The notes under the pieces were generated by a model. The model searched no databases, had not been told where the DNA came from, and saw nothing but the letters and a program-made list of their open reading frames with translations. From contig JBKQWK010000216.1 of the NCBI GenBank assembly GCA_052139595.1, positions 327 through 64,326 on the forward strand: DNA of 64,000 nucleotides, read 5' to 3'. Every line of letters begins with the position of its first letter. The stretch's first letter is position 1. The stretch is from Thermoleophilia bacterium. Its GTDB lineage: Bacteria > Actinomycetota > Thermoleophilia > UBA2241. The position numbers and the translations under genes are program-made. Shown piece by piece: positions 8,335-17,839 of the stretch.

Positions 8335-10991
8335 GCACAGGGCATACTCACCTCATGAAGCCTCGCGAGCTGATAGCCACGCACACCAACACCGACTTCG
8401 ATGGGTTCGCGGCCATGGTGGCCGCACACAAGCTCTACCCGGAAGCAGTGATGTGCTTGAGCAACGCCGTGAATCGTAACGTGCGTGAGTTCCACAGCCT
8501 CTATGCGGACGAGATCGAAACCGTGGAACCCGCTGCCGTCGATGTGGCGGCTGTTCGTCGTCTGATCCTCGTTGACACGATTCACCCAAACCGATTGGGG
8601 GAACTCGCTCCCCTCTGCCGGCGTAAGGACGTTGATGTGATCGTTTTCGACCACCACGGCCATGCCGATGGCTTGCCGGACTTTGTCCGGCCCGAGCACG
8701 TCATCACCTCTGAGGATGGTTCGCTGGTTACGCTGCTGCTGCGGGTGGTCGCTGAGCGGGGCATACCGTTAACCTCACTGGAGGCGACAACCTGTGCGCT
8801 CGGCATTCATGAAGACACCGGCTCGCTGACCTTTTCGACCACGACGACCCGTGACGCCGAAGCGCTCGCGTTCTGCATGCGCAGCGGCGCCGAGCCGGAC
8901 ATTGTCGAGCGTTTCCTGCATACGCCGTTGACCATTGGTCAGCGGCACGTGCTGGCGGCGGCTCTGGCCGATGCCACGCCGATCGACGTGCCCGAACTCG
9001 AAGTGCTGGTGGCCGAGGTTCGCCAGCCGGCGTACGTGGAAGGCGTCAGCGTTGTTGCTCACCGTGTCATGGATCTGACGCACGCTGACGCCTTCTTTCT
9101 TCTCGTTCAGATGGAGGGGCGTATCTTCGTGGCGGCACGCAGTCGCGGCGGCGCGCTCGATGTCGGTACAGTTTTGCGCTCGGTTGGCGGCGGCGGCCAC
9201 GCTGCCGCCGCTTCGGCGGTGTTCAAGGAGGCCGTCTCTGCCGCGAGCCTCGACACTGCCCGCAGCCGCTTGCAGCTCGCCGTGCGCGCTGGCTTGCCGA
9301 TCAGTGTGTCGGCCCACGACCTCATGAGTCCTGTTGCCGAGGCAATTGTGGCTGCCAGCGCCGGCGTGGACGCAGCGGTTGTGATTTGCCGAAAGTTGCA
9401 TCTCGGCGGTGTCGGCGTCAGCGAGAACGGGGTCGTGATTGGTGTCACCGGTCGCTCCGACCTCGAGGCGGCGGTGCGCCATCGCCTGGGCGGGGCTCCG
9501 GTTAAAGCGGTGATGAGTGGCCGCGTCGTCACTGTCGCCGAAACAGCCTCGACCGCAGCCATGCAACGACTGCTGGCGACGGCACCGACAGGCTGGCTGG
9601 CCGTCGTCAAAGAGCCGGACGTGGATCAGCCCCGGGTCGACGATATTCTCGGGCTGGTCACGCGGCGGGCGGTTGCGCGGCGACAGTCGCGCGAGCCCGT
9701 CGAGCAGCCGTCGCCGGCGGCGGCGAATGTCGCCGGCCTGCTCGCCGATTTGGGGCTTGATGATGTATTTGCCGATGTGCAGGCCGTCGCCGGCGGGTAT
9801 CGCGGCGTTTACCTGGTCGGTGGGGCGGTTCGCGATCTGCTGTTGCGTGAGCGCACCATCGACATTGACCTGGCTGTCGAAGGCGACGGTATTGAGTTTG
9901 CGCGTGAACTAGCGCTACGACTTAATGGGCGGGTACGACCACACGAGAAGTTTCAGACGGCCGTGATTGTTGCGCCAGTTGACAAGACCGGACAACGGTT
10001 GCGGATTGACGTTGCCAGCACGCGCAGCGAGTTCTACGACTATCCGGCTGCCCTGCCTAAAGTTGAGCACGCGTCCATACGGAGTGACCTCGCTCGGCGC
10101 GATTTCACGATCAATGCCATGGCGGTAGCCCTCAAACCAGAAGAGTTCGGGGCTCTTTACGATCCGTTCGCAGGAATGGACGATCTTGCTGCTCGCCGTA
10201 TCGTCGTGCTGCATGCGCTGAGCTTTATTGAGGATCCCACTCGCATCTTCAGGGCCCTGCGCTACGAAAGTCGGTATGGCCTGCGCATGGATCCACACAC
10301 CTGGAACCTGGCGCGCACGTGCGTCGATCTCAACCTCGTCGGCGACCTTTCGTCGGCGCGCTTACGCGACGAACTCATTGTGCTGCTTGGCGAGAACACG
10401 GTCATGCCGGCCTTGCGACGCTTCGAGGAGCTTGACCTCGCTCGGGTTGTGCATCCACGTTGTGTACTTGATGAGACCGGCCGCGCCCTGTTGGGTCGGA
10501 GTGATGAATTGTGGCGGCGTTTGCGCCTGGCGGGCGAGGTGCCCCTGTGGCGTTTGCGTCTGGTCTGGCTGTTGCGTGACCTCGAACCCGAAGAACTCAC
10601 GGCCTGGGCGACGGGAATGCGCTTGCGACGTCGCGACGCCGCGGTGCTCGCACGCGCCATGGTAGTCGGCCGACGCGTCGCTACCTTGGTCAAGCGTGGC
10701 CCGAGCGAGGCTGAGCTGTACGATTCTGCTGAAGGTGAGGCGGCCGAAGCACTGATTGTCGCCGCTGTCCTTGACGATAGCGGCAGCGTCGCTGACCGCA
10801 TCGCGAGATACCTCGGCCGCACCCGAGCGACCCGACTCGTGGTCAACGGTGACGACTTGCTCGCCTTGGGCTACGTTCCCTCAGTCGCATTGGGAACCGT
10901 TCTACGCAGCCTTCTCCACCTGAAGCTGAACGGTGTGATCGATGGCCGGGAGCAGGAGCTGGAGGCGGCACGGCGCATGCTGTACCCTTGA
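8331..10991 (+). CDS. multidomain DHH-DHHA1 / CBS pair / poly(A) polymerase-family tRNA nucleotidyltransferase (CCA-adding type)
   Basis: DHH motifs HTNTDFDGFAA and DHHGHADG, DHHA1 motif GGGGHAAAAS, a CBS pair, and the pol-beta head GGAVRDLLLRERTIDIDLAV plus RDFTINAMAV. Confidence 0.85.
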   Translation: MSTGHTHLMKPRELIATHTNTDFDGFAAMVAAHKLYPEAVMCLSNAVNRNVREFHSLYADEIETVEPAAVDVAAVRRLILVDTIHPNRLGELAPLCRRKDVDVIVFDHHGHADGLPDFVRPEHVITSEDGSLVTLLLRVVAERGIPLTSLEATTCALGIHEDTGSLTFSTTTTRDAEALAFCMRSGAEPDIVERFLHTPLTIGQRHVLAAALADATPIDVPELEVLVAEVRQPAYVEGVSVVAHRVMDLTHADAFFLLVQMEGRIFVAARSRGGALDVGTVLRSVGGGGHAAAASAVFKEAVSAASLDTARSRLQLAVRAGLPISVSAHDLMSPVAEAIVAASAGVDAAVVICRKLHLGGVGVSENGVVIGVTGRSDLEAAVRHRLGGAPVKAVMSGRVVTVAETASTAAMQRLLATAPTGWLAVVKEPDVDQPRVDDILGLVTRRAVARRQSREPVEQPSPAAANVAGLLADLGLDDVFADVQAVAGGYRGVYLVGGAVRDLLLRERTIDIDLAVEGDGIEFARELALRLNGRVRPHEKFQTAVIVAPVDKTGQRLRIDVASTRSEFYDYPAALPKVEHASIRSDLARRDFTINAMAVALKPEEFGALYDPFAGMDDLAARRIVVLHALSFIEDPTRIFRALRYESRYGLRMDPHTWNLARTCVDLNLVGDLSSARLRDELIVLLGENTVMPALRRFEELDLARVVHPRCVLDETGRALLGRSDELWRRLRLAGEVPLWRLRLVWLLRDLEPEELTAWATGMRLRRRDAAVLARAMVVGRRVATLVKRGPSEAELYDSAEGEAAEALIVAAVLDDSGSVADRIARYLGRTRATRLVVNGDDLLALGYVPSVALGTVLRSLLHLKLNGVIDGREQELEAARRMLYP

Positions 10992-11004
10992 ATCGAGACC
11001 AACG

Positions 11005-11655
11005 ATGATAAATAGCACACTCCTTCTCGACTTTGTCGTTACTCTGCCGATTCTGCTCGCCAGCCTCGTACTGCACGAGCTCGCGCACGGTGCCGTTGCG
11101 GCGTGGCTCGGCGACCCGACGGCGCGCTACAGCGGTCGCCTCACGCTCGACCCACGGCGCCACCTTGATTTTTACGGCAGCGTCATGCTGATGATCACCT
11201 TTGCCGTGTCGCAGGGCTCATTCTTCTTCGGATGGGCCAAGCCGGTGCCGGTCAACCCGGCTCTGATGCGCCATCCGCAGCGAGACATGATGCTGGTCGG
11301 CGCCGCCGGGCCGCTTACAAACCTGCTCATGGCGGCTGCTTCCGCAGGACTCATGCATCTCGCCATCCGCTACTCAGTGTTTCTCACCGAGGCGCTCTGG
11401 CTGGCTTTTCGGCTCAATATCGTGCTGGCGCTGATCAATCTCCTGCCGGTGCCGCCGCTTGACGGCTCGCGAATTCTCGGCGGCCTGTTACCGCCGCGCC
11501 TGTACCTGCGCTGGCGGACACTCGACCGCTATGGCGCTTATGTCTTTCCAGTGCTGCTGCTGCTCACCTGGCTGCGTCCGGGCGTGCTCAACGGTGTCGT
11601 CAGTGGAGTAATCCGCGTTTTTGCCAGTGTCCTGCTACCGGGCTGGCTCAGCTGA
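11005..11655 (+). CDS. site-2 protease (M50) family zinc metalloprotease
   Basis: HELAHG HExxH motif in a TM helix plus the LDG motif (LPVPPLDGSRI); start taken at ATG MINSTLLL. Confidence 0.85.
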   Translation: MINSTLLLDFVVTLPILLASLVLHELAHGAVAAWLGDPTARYSGRLTLDPRRHLDFYGSVMLMITFAVSQGSFFFGWAKPVPVNPALMRHPQRDMMLVGAAGPLTNLLMAAASAGLMHLAIRYSVFLTEALWLAFRLNIVLALINLLPVPPLDGSRILGGLLPPRLYLRWRTLDRYGAYVFPVLLLLTWLRPGVLNGVVSGVIRVFASVLLPGWLS

Positions 11656-11656
11656 C

Positions 11657-12484
11657 GTGGGCCGGCAGAACGACAGTACGACGTGGCCACTGGCAGTCAA
11701 CGAACGCCTCATCGGTCGCCTGCCTTGGCTGGCGGCCGATGGTAACGACTGGCACATCGCCTTCAGCACACGCGAGGGGGGCCTCTCGCAGGGCATCGTC
11801 GCTGGTTTGAATATGGGTTTCAGCGTTGGCGACGATGCCCTCATCGTGCGTCAGAACCGGGGCTTGTTCTGCGCTGTCCTTGGCATAGATCCAGCGACAC
11901 TGGTGGTACCCGAGCAGGTGCACGGTACGCGCTTGGCCTTGGTCGGCCGCGATGATCGCGGCCGCGGTGCCGGCAGCCGCCGCACGATGATCGCCGGCAC
12001 CGATGGCCTCATCACCAGCAGTCCTGCGGTGCCGATCGTGGTCAGCTTTGCCGACTGCGTGCCAGTACTGATCAGCAGCTACAACGTCAACGGTGAGCGG
12101 GTGCTGGCTCTCGTCCATGCGGGCTGGCGCGGCATGCTCGCCGGCATCGTCGGCACCGCCGCCGGCTTGCTGGCTGCGGCTGGCAGCGTGGAGTCAGCCG
12201 TGATTGGCCCCAGCATCGGGCCGTGCTGCTTCACCGTCGACGATGCTTTGGCGGCGCAGTTCGCCGCTCGCTTTGGCGCTGCTGTGGTTGAGCGGCGCGA
12301 CGGCAACGCGTACGTCGATCTGTGGGCCTGCGCCGCCAGCGAGCTGTTTGCTGCCGGTTTGCTCGGCGATCATCTGACGAACCCGCGACTGTGCACCAGC
12401 AGCGATCGGCGCTTTTACTCGCACCGTCGCGACCAGGGCCACACCGGACGCCAGGTCGCGATAGCATGGATCGACGAATCCTGA
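11657..12484 (+). CDS. pgeF: peptidoglycan editing factor PgeF (YfiH/laccase-domain purine nucleoside phosphorylase family)
   Basis: FSTREGGLSQGIVAGLNMGFSVGDD ... HAGWRG ... CCF motifs; start uncertain (GTG at 11657 or upstream). Confidence 0.8.
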   Translation: MGRQNDSTTWPLAVNERLIGRLPWLAADGNDWHIAFSTREGGLSQGIVAGLNMGFSVGDDALIVRQNRGLFCAVLGIDPATLVVPEQVHGTRLALVGRDDRGRGAGSRRTMIAGTDGLITSSPAVPIVVSFADCVPVLISSYNVNGERVLALVHAGWRGMLAGIVGTAAGLLAAAGSVESAVIGPSIGPCCFTVDDALAAQFAARFGAAVVERRDGNAYVDLWACAASELFAAGLLGDHLTNPRLCTSSDRRFYSHRRDQGHTGRQVAIAWIDES

Positions 12485-12506
12485 CGGCCGGAGTGAGGAG
12501 GACCTG

Positions 12507-13196
12507 ATGAAGCAGTTCAGCGGTACCGCCGACGCGATACAGCAACGGTTTGCCGAGGTGCAAGTCCGCGTTGACTCTGCCGCCACTGCCTCCGGCCGGC
12601 AGCCGGGTGATGTCGAGATTCTCGTCGCGACAAAGTACGTCCCTGTTGAGAACTTCGCGGCCTTGCACGAAGCCGGTGTGCACCTGATCGGCGAGAACCG
12701 TGTTCAGGACATGCTCGTCAAGCACGAGCGATTCGGTGATCTTTTCACGTGGGATTTCATCGGTCACCTGCAGAGCCGCAAAACCAAAGACGTACTACCG
12801 ATCGTCAGACTGATACACTCCGTCGACAGTATGAGCGTCGTTCGCGAGATCCAGGATCGTGCCGACAGGAAAGTGCCCGTGCTTCTCGAAATCAACGTCG
12901 ACGCGGAAGAAACGAAAAATGGGGTCACGCCAGATAACGTCGACGCGTTTCTCGATGAAGCCAGCGGCTACGACATGGTCGATTTCACCGGTCTCATGTG
13001 CATGCCGCCGCTGTTTGCCACTGCCGATCTGGCGCGACCATCGTTCGCTCGCGCGCGTGAGCTGGCCGGCCGCCTTTCTCAGACGTGGTCTGGCCGCTAT
13101 ACTTTCGCCCGACTCTCGATGGGCACGAGTGCCGATTACGAGGTCGCGGTGCTCGAAGGTGCGACGATCGTGCGTGTGGGCAGCGTCTTGTTCTGA
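12507..13196 (+). CDS. yggS: YggS family pyridoxal-phosphate homeostasis protein
   Basis: VEILVATKYV lysine motif, 229 aa, and the conserved pgeF-yggS-sepF context. Confidence 0.88.
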   Translation: MKQFSGTADAIQQRFAEVQVRVDSAATASGRQPGDVEILVATKYVPVENFAALHEAGVHLIGENRVQDMLVKHERFGDLFTWDFIGHLQSRKTKDVLPIVRLIHSVDSMSVVREIQDRADRKVPVLLEINVDAEETKNGVTPDNVDAFLDEASGYDMVDFTGLMCMPPLFATADLARPSFARARELAGRLSQTWSGRYTFARLSMGTSADYEVAVLEGATIVRVGSVLF

Positions 13197-13214
13197 CCTG
13201 AGGCTGGAGGAGCT

Positions 13215-13751
13215 ATGGGCGTAGGCGATTCGTGGCACAAGATCATGGTGTATTTCGGCATCGCCGAGGATGACGAGTACGACGAAGACGAGACGATCGC
13301 TCCGCAGGAAGAGCTGGAGCGCTCTTATCAGGAGCGACCCAACGTGCGCAAGATCAATCGCGGTCGACGCGCCGAGTACGACGACATCTTCAGCGACGAC
13401 GCGCCGGCGCGAAGCCCGCGTCAGCGCGACGGCGAGAGAGTCGTGCGCGCCGTTGAACCGTTACGTCCAGCTCGCGTTGAGGTCCATCTCGTGATCCCCA
13501 AAACCTTTAACGATGCGCAGCAAGTGGCGGACAAGTTCAAGATCGATGTACCGGTGATCGTCAACCTGCAGAGTTCGGATACCGATCTGGCTAAACGTCT
13601 GATCGATTTCTGCAGCGGCCTCACCTACTCGCTGGACGGCGGCATGCAGCGCATCGGTGACAAGATCTTTTTGCTCACGCCGCGCAACGTCGAAGTATCA
13701 GCCGAAGAAAAGGCGCGTCTCATTGAGCGCGGCTTCTTCAATCAGTTCTAG
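13215..13751 (+). CDS. sepF: cell division protein SepF
   Basis: MGVGDSWHKIMVYFGIAEDDEYDED N-terminus and a C-terminal DUF552 core. Confidence 0.88.
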   Translation: MGVGDSWHKIMVYFGIAEDDEYDEDETIAPQEELERSYQERPNVRKINRGRRAEYDDIFSDDAPARSPRQRDGERVVRAVEPLRPARVEVHLVIPKTFNDAQQVADKFKIDVPVIVNLQSSDTDLAKRLIDFCSGLTYSLDGGMQRIGDKIFLLTPRNVEVSAEEKARLIERGFFNQF

Positions 13752-13763
13752 CAGCTGATTGGC

Positions 13764-14555
13764 ATGAATGTCGGCTTCCTCGGCTGCGGCCACATCGCTC
13801 AGGCGTTGGCGCGCGGGTGGACGCGGTCAAGTCTGGCGACAGCTCAACGGCCAGCCTTGGTTTTCTATGACGTCGCCCCTGCTCGGTCGGCCAGCCTGGC
13901 CGACCTGGCCGCTGGCAAGAACGTCGCCGCGGTGACCGATCTTGCCACCGCCAGTGACCTCATCGTACTTGCCGTGCGACCTCAGGATGCAGTCACTGCC
14001 TTGACGGCGCTGGCGCCGTCACTGGGTGACCGGCCGGTCGTCTCTCTCGCCGCCGGTCTGCGCGTGAGTACCCTGCAGCGGCAGCTGCCACAGGGCGCGG
14101 CCATAGGCCGCATCATGCCGAATGTAAATGTCGCCTTGGGCAGAGGAGCCCTGTTGTTCGCCGCTGGCTCGCTGGGAGAGCACGCGGAAGCTGTTCACGA
14201 TGTGTTCGCTCTCGTCGGCGAAGTCGTACCGATTGACGAAGATCTCTTTAACGCTGCCACCGCCGTGGCCGGCTCAGGTCCCGGCTTCGTTGCTCTCTTT
14301 ATCGAGGCACTGGAGACGGCCGGCGTCGAAGCAGGTTTGCCTGCGCTGGCCGCTCGCACTTTGGCTCAGGCGGTGTTCGCCGGCACTGGTCTGCTGGTAG
14401 AGGAGGGAGGCGACGCAGCCGCCGTCAAACGTGGCGTCTGTACTCCCGGCGGCATGACGGCCGCGGGCGTGACGGCGCTCGAAGAGCGCGCCGTACCGGC
14501 GGCCATCGCTGCCGCCGTCCGTGCTGCCATCGCGCGGGCGGCAGAACTGGCGTGA
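13764..14555 (+). CDS. proC: pyrroline-5-carboxylate reductase
   Basis: MNVGFLGCGHIAQALARGW Rossmann motif; 263 aa. Confidence 0.88.
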   Translation: MNVGFLGCGHIAQALARGWTRSSLATAQRPALVFYDVAPARSASLADLAAGKNVAAVTDLATASDLIVLAVRPQDAVTALTALAPSLGDRPVVSLAAGLRVSTLQRQLPQGAAIGRIMPNVNVALGRGALLFAAGSLGEHAEAVHDVFALVGEVVPIDEDLFNAATAVAGSGPGFVALFIEALETAGVEAGLPALAARTLAQAVFAGTGLLVEEGGDAAAVKRGVCTPGGMTAAGVTALEERAVPAAIAAAVRAAIARAAELA

Positions 14556-14821
14556 CTACTTTCGTGCATATTCTCGAGTATGTGATTACGCTTTACACGT
14601 GGCTGATCGTCGCTCGTGCGCTGTTCAGCTGGTTTCCGTTGCGGCAGGGCACATCATTGATGCGTCTCTACGAAGTCATCTACGATCTGACTGAGCCGTA
14701 TCTGGCACTCTTCCGCCGGATTATCCCGACATCACGCGGCAGGTCAGTCGCTATTGACTGGAGCGCATTGGCTGGTTTGCTCGTGCTGTTCATCTTGCTG
14801 CAGGTGATATCGCGCTTGTAA
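14552..14821 (+). CDS. yggT: YggT family membrane protein
   Basis: 89 aa with two TM segments, ...LIVARALFSWFP...; conserved position between proC and divIVA. Confidence 0.8.
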   Translation: MTTFVHILEYVITLYTWLIVARALFSWFPLRQGTSLMRLYEVIYDLTEPYLALFRRIIPTSRGRSVAIDWSALAGLLVLFILLQVISRL

Positions 14822-14840
14822 TCGTACCGAGGGGGTCGAT

Positions 14841-15896
14841 ATGAAACTTACGCCACTCGACATCCGCCATAAGGAGTTCAAACGGGGCATGCGCGGGTAT
14901 GCCGACAGCGAGGTCGACGAGTTTCTCGACGAGGTTGCCGACGAGTTTGAACGCCTGTTCAAAGAGAACATCGACCTGGGAGAACGCGTCGAGGCGCTGG
15001 ACGAAAAGATCGCCCACTACCACATGATCGAGGACACCCTCCAGAAGACGCTCATCTCTGCCCAGCAGAGCGCCGACGAACTCAAGGCGAATGCGACCAA
15101 AGAGGGCGAACTCATTCTGCGCGACGCCGAACTCAAGGCACGGCAGATGGTGAACGAGTCATATGCCGACAAGCAGCGCGTCGAGAAGGAGCTGGCGGCG
15201 CTGAAGAATGCCGAAGACGAGTTCCGTTTTCGCTTTCGCAGTACGCTCGAGGGCTACCTCGGTCAGCTTGGTGATCTCGACCGTAACGCCCAGCAGCGCG
15301 TTAGTGAGTTCCAGCGTCAAGCCGACGCCCTCAAAGAAGCCATCGCGCGCGAAGACACCGTCGCACCACGGCAGGCACAGGCAGCGCCAAGCGTTGCATC
15401 TTCCGCAGAGGGGCGCGACGAACGCGAGGCGGCGCTAAACCGAGGCGAGCGGCAGCCGGCGGCGGAGCCAATCCCGGCAACGTCCGCCGCGGAGCCAGTG
15501 CCGACGACTTCGGCCACGCCGCCGGAGTTCACGATGCCGCCCGAGCCCGCAGCGGAGCAACCGACAGCACCTGACGCTCCCGCGCCGACGGAAGAGGTCG
15601 GGGCAAGCATGGCCACCGAGCCAGCCGCGGTGCAGAGTGCGCCGACGGATGCACCAACAGCAGAGTCGCTGTCGCCGTTCAGCCCTCCCGTTTCCGACCG
15701 GCGTCTGCCGGTGGAATGGCGGGTGACCTCGCCGGAGGACGATGAGCCGGCCAACCAGGTTGCGGCGTTCGATCACCTTGCGCTGGTTGACGGCGACGCG
15801 GCGGATGAAGCGGCGGCCCCACCGGAACGCGTGCGCTTTACGCTTGATGACGTGCCCGCTGACGGCGATATCAGTGTCGACGACTTCAAGTGGTAG
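14841..15896 (+). CDS. divIVA: DivIVA domain cell-division protein with a long P/A/E-rich C-terminal tail
   Basis: MKLTPLDIRHKEFKRGMRGYADSEVDEFLDEV DivIVA N-domain and coiled coil; low-complexity tail from about aa 190-300. Confidence 0.9.
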   Translation: MKLTPLDIRHKEFKRGMRGYADSEVDEFLDEVADEFERLFKENIDLGERVEALDEKIAHYHMIEDTLQKTLISAQQSADELKANATKEGELILRDAELKARQMVNESYADKQRVEKELAALKNAEDEFRFRFRSTLEGYLGQLGDLDRNAQQRVSEFQRQADALKEAIAREDTVAPRQAQAAPSVASSAEGRDEREAALNRGERQPAAEPIPATSAAEPVPTTSATPPEFTMPPEPAAEQPTAPDAPAPTEEVGASMATEPAAVQSAPTDAPTAESLSPFSPPVSDRRLPVEWRVTSPEDDEPANQVAAFDHLALVDGDAADEAAAPPERVRFTLDDVPADGDISVDDFKW

Positions 15897-16185
15897 CAGC
15901 GGACCTGTTCGTGCCTCCGGCGACGATGTCTTGCTCGCCGTGTGGGTGATGCCCGGAGCCAGCCGTAGCGAACTGGTTGGCGTCAAGGATGACCAGTTGC
16001 GTCTGCGCCTGGCGGCACCGGCGCACGAAGGTCGAGCGAACGCTGAGCTGGTGCGCGTCATCGCGAAACTGCTGGGTAGGCGTCGCAACGAAGTAACCAT
16101 CGAGATGGGCGCGTCGTCGCGGCGCAAGCTGGTGCGTGTTGCGGCAGCGACGTCAGTGGACGTCGCTGCCCGACTGGGAGTCTGA
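15874..16185 (+). CDS. yggU: DUF167 (YggU) family protein
   Basis: DDVLLAVWVMPGASRSELVGVKDDQLRLRLAAPAHEGRANAELVRVIAKLLG... aligns along its length to the YggU family. Start is uncertain: GTG at 15874 overlaps the divIVA 3' end, with other candidates downstream. Confidence 0.75.
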   Translation: MSTTSSGSSGPVRASGDDVLLAVWVMPGASRSELVGVKDDQLRLRLAAPAHEGRANAELVRVIAKLLGRRRNEVTIEMGASSRRKLVRVAAATSVDVAARLGV

Positions 16186-16198
16186 CGGGGAGGGATCC

Positions 16199-16342
16199 AT
16201 GGCAAAGCTTGCGTACTGTGAAATCTGCAAGGCGACTTATCCGCTGATTGTTGTTGATGGTGCGGGTACGCGTGGCAAGGGCAAAGAGTTGCAGTGTCCC
16301 ATGGGGCACGTCGACGTACACGAGGTTGACGCCGCCTCGTGA
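16199..16342 (+). CDS. hypothetical 47-aa rubredoxin-like zinc-ribbon protein (CxxC ... CPxGH)
   Basis: [14 protein letters not shown]...QCPMGHV. Stop overlaps the lspA start; GGGAGGG lies 4 nt upstream. GC3 is atypically low, so coding status is uncertain. Confidence 0.3.
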   Translation: MAKLAYCEICKATYPLIVVDGAGTRGKGKELQCPMGHVDVHEVDAAS

Positions 16343-16776
16343 AGGCACACGCGCTGCCGCCGGCCTGTCTCGCCACTGCCGCCGCGGTGCTGGTCGTCGA
16401 TCAACTGAGCAAGTGGCTTGTCGTCAGCCATGCCGCCGACCTGCCGTATCGAGTGGCCGGCGGCATCCGCATCGCCATCTTCCATAACTACGGCGTCTCG
16501 TTCAGCCAGTTCGAGCAAGGCGGGACTCCGGTGAAGGCCGTGGTCGCCTTGGTCACTGTCGCTATCTGCCTCGCTTGGCTGTACGTACCCCGGCGCTTCA
16601 TCTGGCCGCTGGCCTTCGTTGTCGGCGGCAGTATCGGCAACCTCGTTGACCGCCTGCGCTGGGGTTACGTCGTCGACTTCATCAGTCTGCCTCACTGGCC
16701 GACGTTCAACGTGGCCGACACGGCGATCGTTCTTGGCGTGGCGGCGACAGCGCTGCTGCTTGTTCTGCAACGCTGA
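16339..16776 (+). CDS. lspA: lipoprotein signal peptidase II
   Basis: 4-TM protein with conserved FNVAD and NxVDR motifs ([22 protein letters not shown]). Confidence 0.88.
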   Translation: MKAHALPPACLATAAAVLVVDQLSKWLVVSHAADLPYRVAGGIRIAIFHNYGVSFSQFEQGGTPVKAVVALVTVAICLAWLYVPRRFIWPLAFVVGGSIGNLVDRLRWGYVVDFISLPHWPTFNVADTAIVLGVAATALLLVLQR

Positions 16777-16781
16777 CGCGT

Positions 16782-17690
16782 GTGCCTGGTTTCATTGCCA
16801 CTGCCGCTAACGTTGGGCGTCGACTCGACGTTGTGCTGGCCGAACAGGCGCGCTTTTCGCGGGCCGCGGCGCAGCGTCTGATCGCCGCTAACCGTGTTAC
16901 CATCGCTGGGGTACCAGCCGCCCAAAAACACCATCTTCGAGCCGGGGACGAGGTCATGTGGACGCCTCTGCCGGTCGAGAAGAGCGGCCTTACTGCGGAG
17001 CAACTGGACCTCCACATTGTCTATGAAGACGAGTGGCTGCTCGTCGTCGACAAACCAGCCGGCATGGTCACGCATCCTGCGCCCGGGCATGAACACGGCA
17101 CGCTCGTCCACGGCCTCCTCGACCACGGCATCAGTGGCGGCCACGGCAGCCGGCCGGGCGTCGTCCATCGTCTCGACAAGGATACGTCTGGCCTTCTCAT
17201 CGTCGCCCGCGGTGACGCTGCTTATCAGGCCCTGGTGGCAGCGATGGCGCAACGCCAGATTAAGCGCACCTACATCGCCCTCTTGAGCGGCAGGCTGCCG
17301 CAGGATGAAGGCGCGATTGACGCTCCTATCGGCCGCCATTTACGCGATCGCCGGCGCATGTCGCTCCACAGCGCAAAACCACGTCGCGCCGTCACGCACT
17401 TCACGGTGCTCGACCGCGTGCCCGACTACACGCTGGCGCGCGTGCAGCTCGAGACGGGGCGCACGCACCAGATTCGCGTGCACATGGCCGCGATAGGCTA
17501 CCCGGTCGCCGGCGACGTGCAATACGGCTGCAAACACCGACCAGCGCGCCTGGAGCGGCAGTTTCTGCACGCCAGCCGTCTTGCCTTCGCTCACCCTGTC
17601 GACGGGCGGCAGCTCGACTTCGTCAGCCCGCTGCCACCCGACCTAGCTGCCTTTCTCGCCGACCACGGCCTCACGTTGCCGCCATTCTGA
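16782..17690 (+). CDS. rluD: RluA-family 23S rRNA pseudouridine synthase (RluD-like)
   Basis: S4 domain and catalytic HRLDKDTSGLLIVARG motif. Confidence 0.88.
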   Translation: MPGFIATAANVGRRLDVVLAEQARFSRAAAQRLIAANRVTIAGVPAAQKHHLRAGDEVMWTPLPVEKSGLTAEQLDLHIVYEDEWLLVVDKPAGMVTHPAPGHEHGTLVHGLLDHGISGGHGSRPGVVHRLDKDTSGLLIVARGDAAYQALVAAMAQRQIKRTYIALLSGRLPQDEGAIDAPIGRHLRDRRRMSLHSAKPRRAVTHFTVLDRVPDYTLARVQLETGRTHQIRVHMAAIGYPVAGDVQYGCKHRPARLERQFLHASRLAFAHPVDGRQLDFVSPLPPDLAAFLADHGLTLPPF

Positions 17691-17719
17691 CGACCGTTTT
17701 GGCACCCGCGTGTCGACTC

Positions 17720-17748
17720 TTGACCGACCGCAGCGCCACTGCTAAAGT
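17720..17748 (+). promoter_or_regulatory. candidate sigma-A promoter of the pyr operon (TTGACC-17-TAAAGT)
   Basis: -35 at 17720-17725 and -10 at 17743-17748, just upstream of the PyrR-binding loop. Confidence 0.45.
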
Positions 17749-17755
17749 ATTCATG

Positions 17756-17838
17756 ACCTTTAAACGCGTCCTGCGAGACCGGAAAGGATGATGGCCATGA
17801 CGCTGCCGTTCTCAAACCCCTCCTCGGCGGGGTTTTTC
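17756..17838 (+). promoter_or_regulatory. PyrR-binding RNA attenuator: binding loop plus terminator/RBS-sequestering hairpin
   Basis: UUUAAACGCGUCCUGCGAGACCGGAAAGG fits the PyrR-binding loop consensus (UUUAA..GUCC.G.GAG....AAGG). A hairpin AAACCCC-ucctcggc-GGGGUUUUU at 17814-17837 ends 2 nt before the pyrR ATG and contains the SD-like GGCGGGG. Confidence 0.75.
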
Positions 17839-17839
17839 C

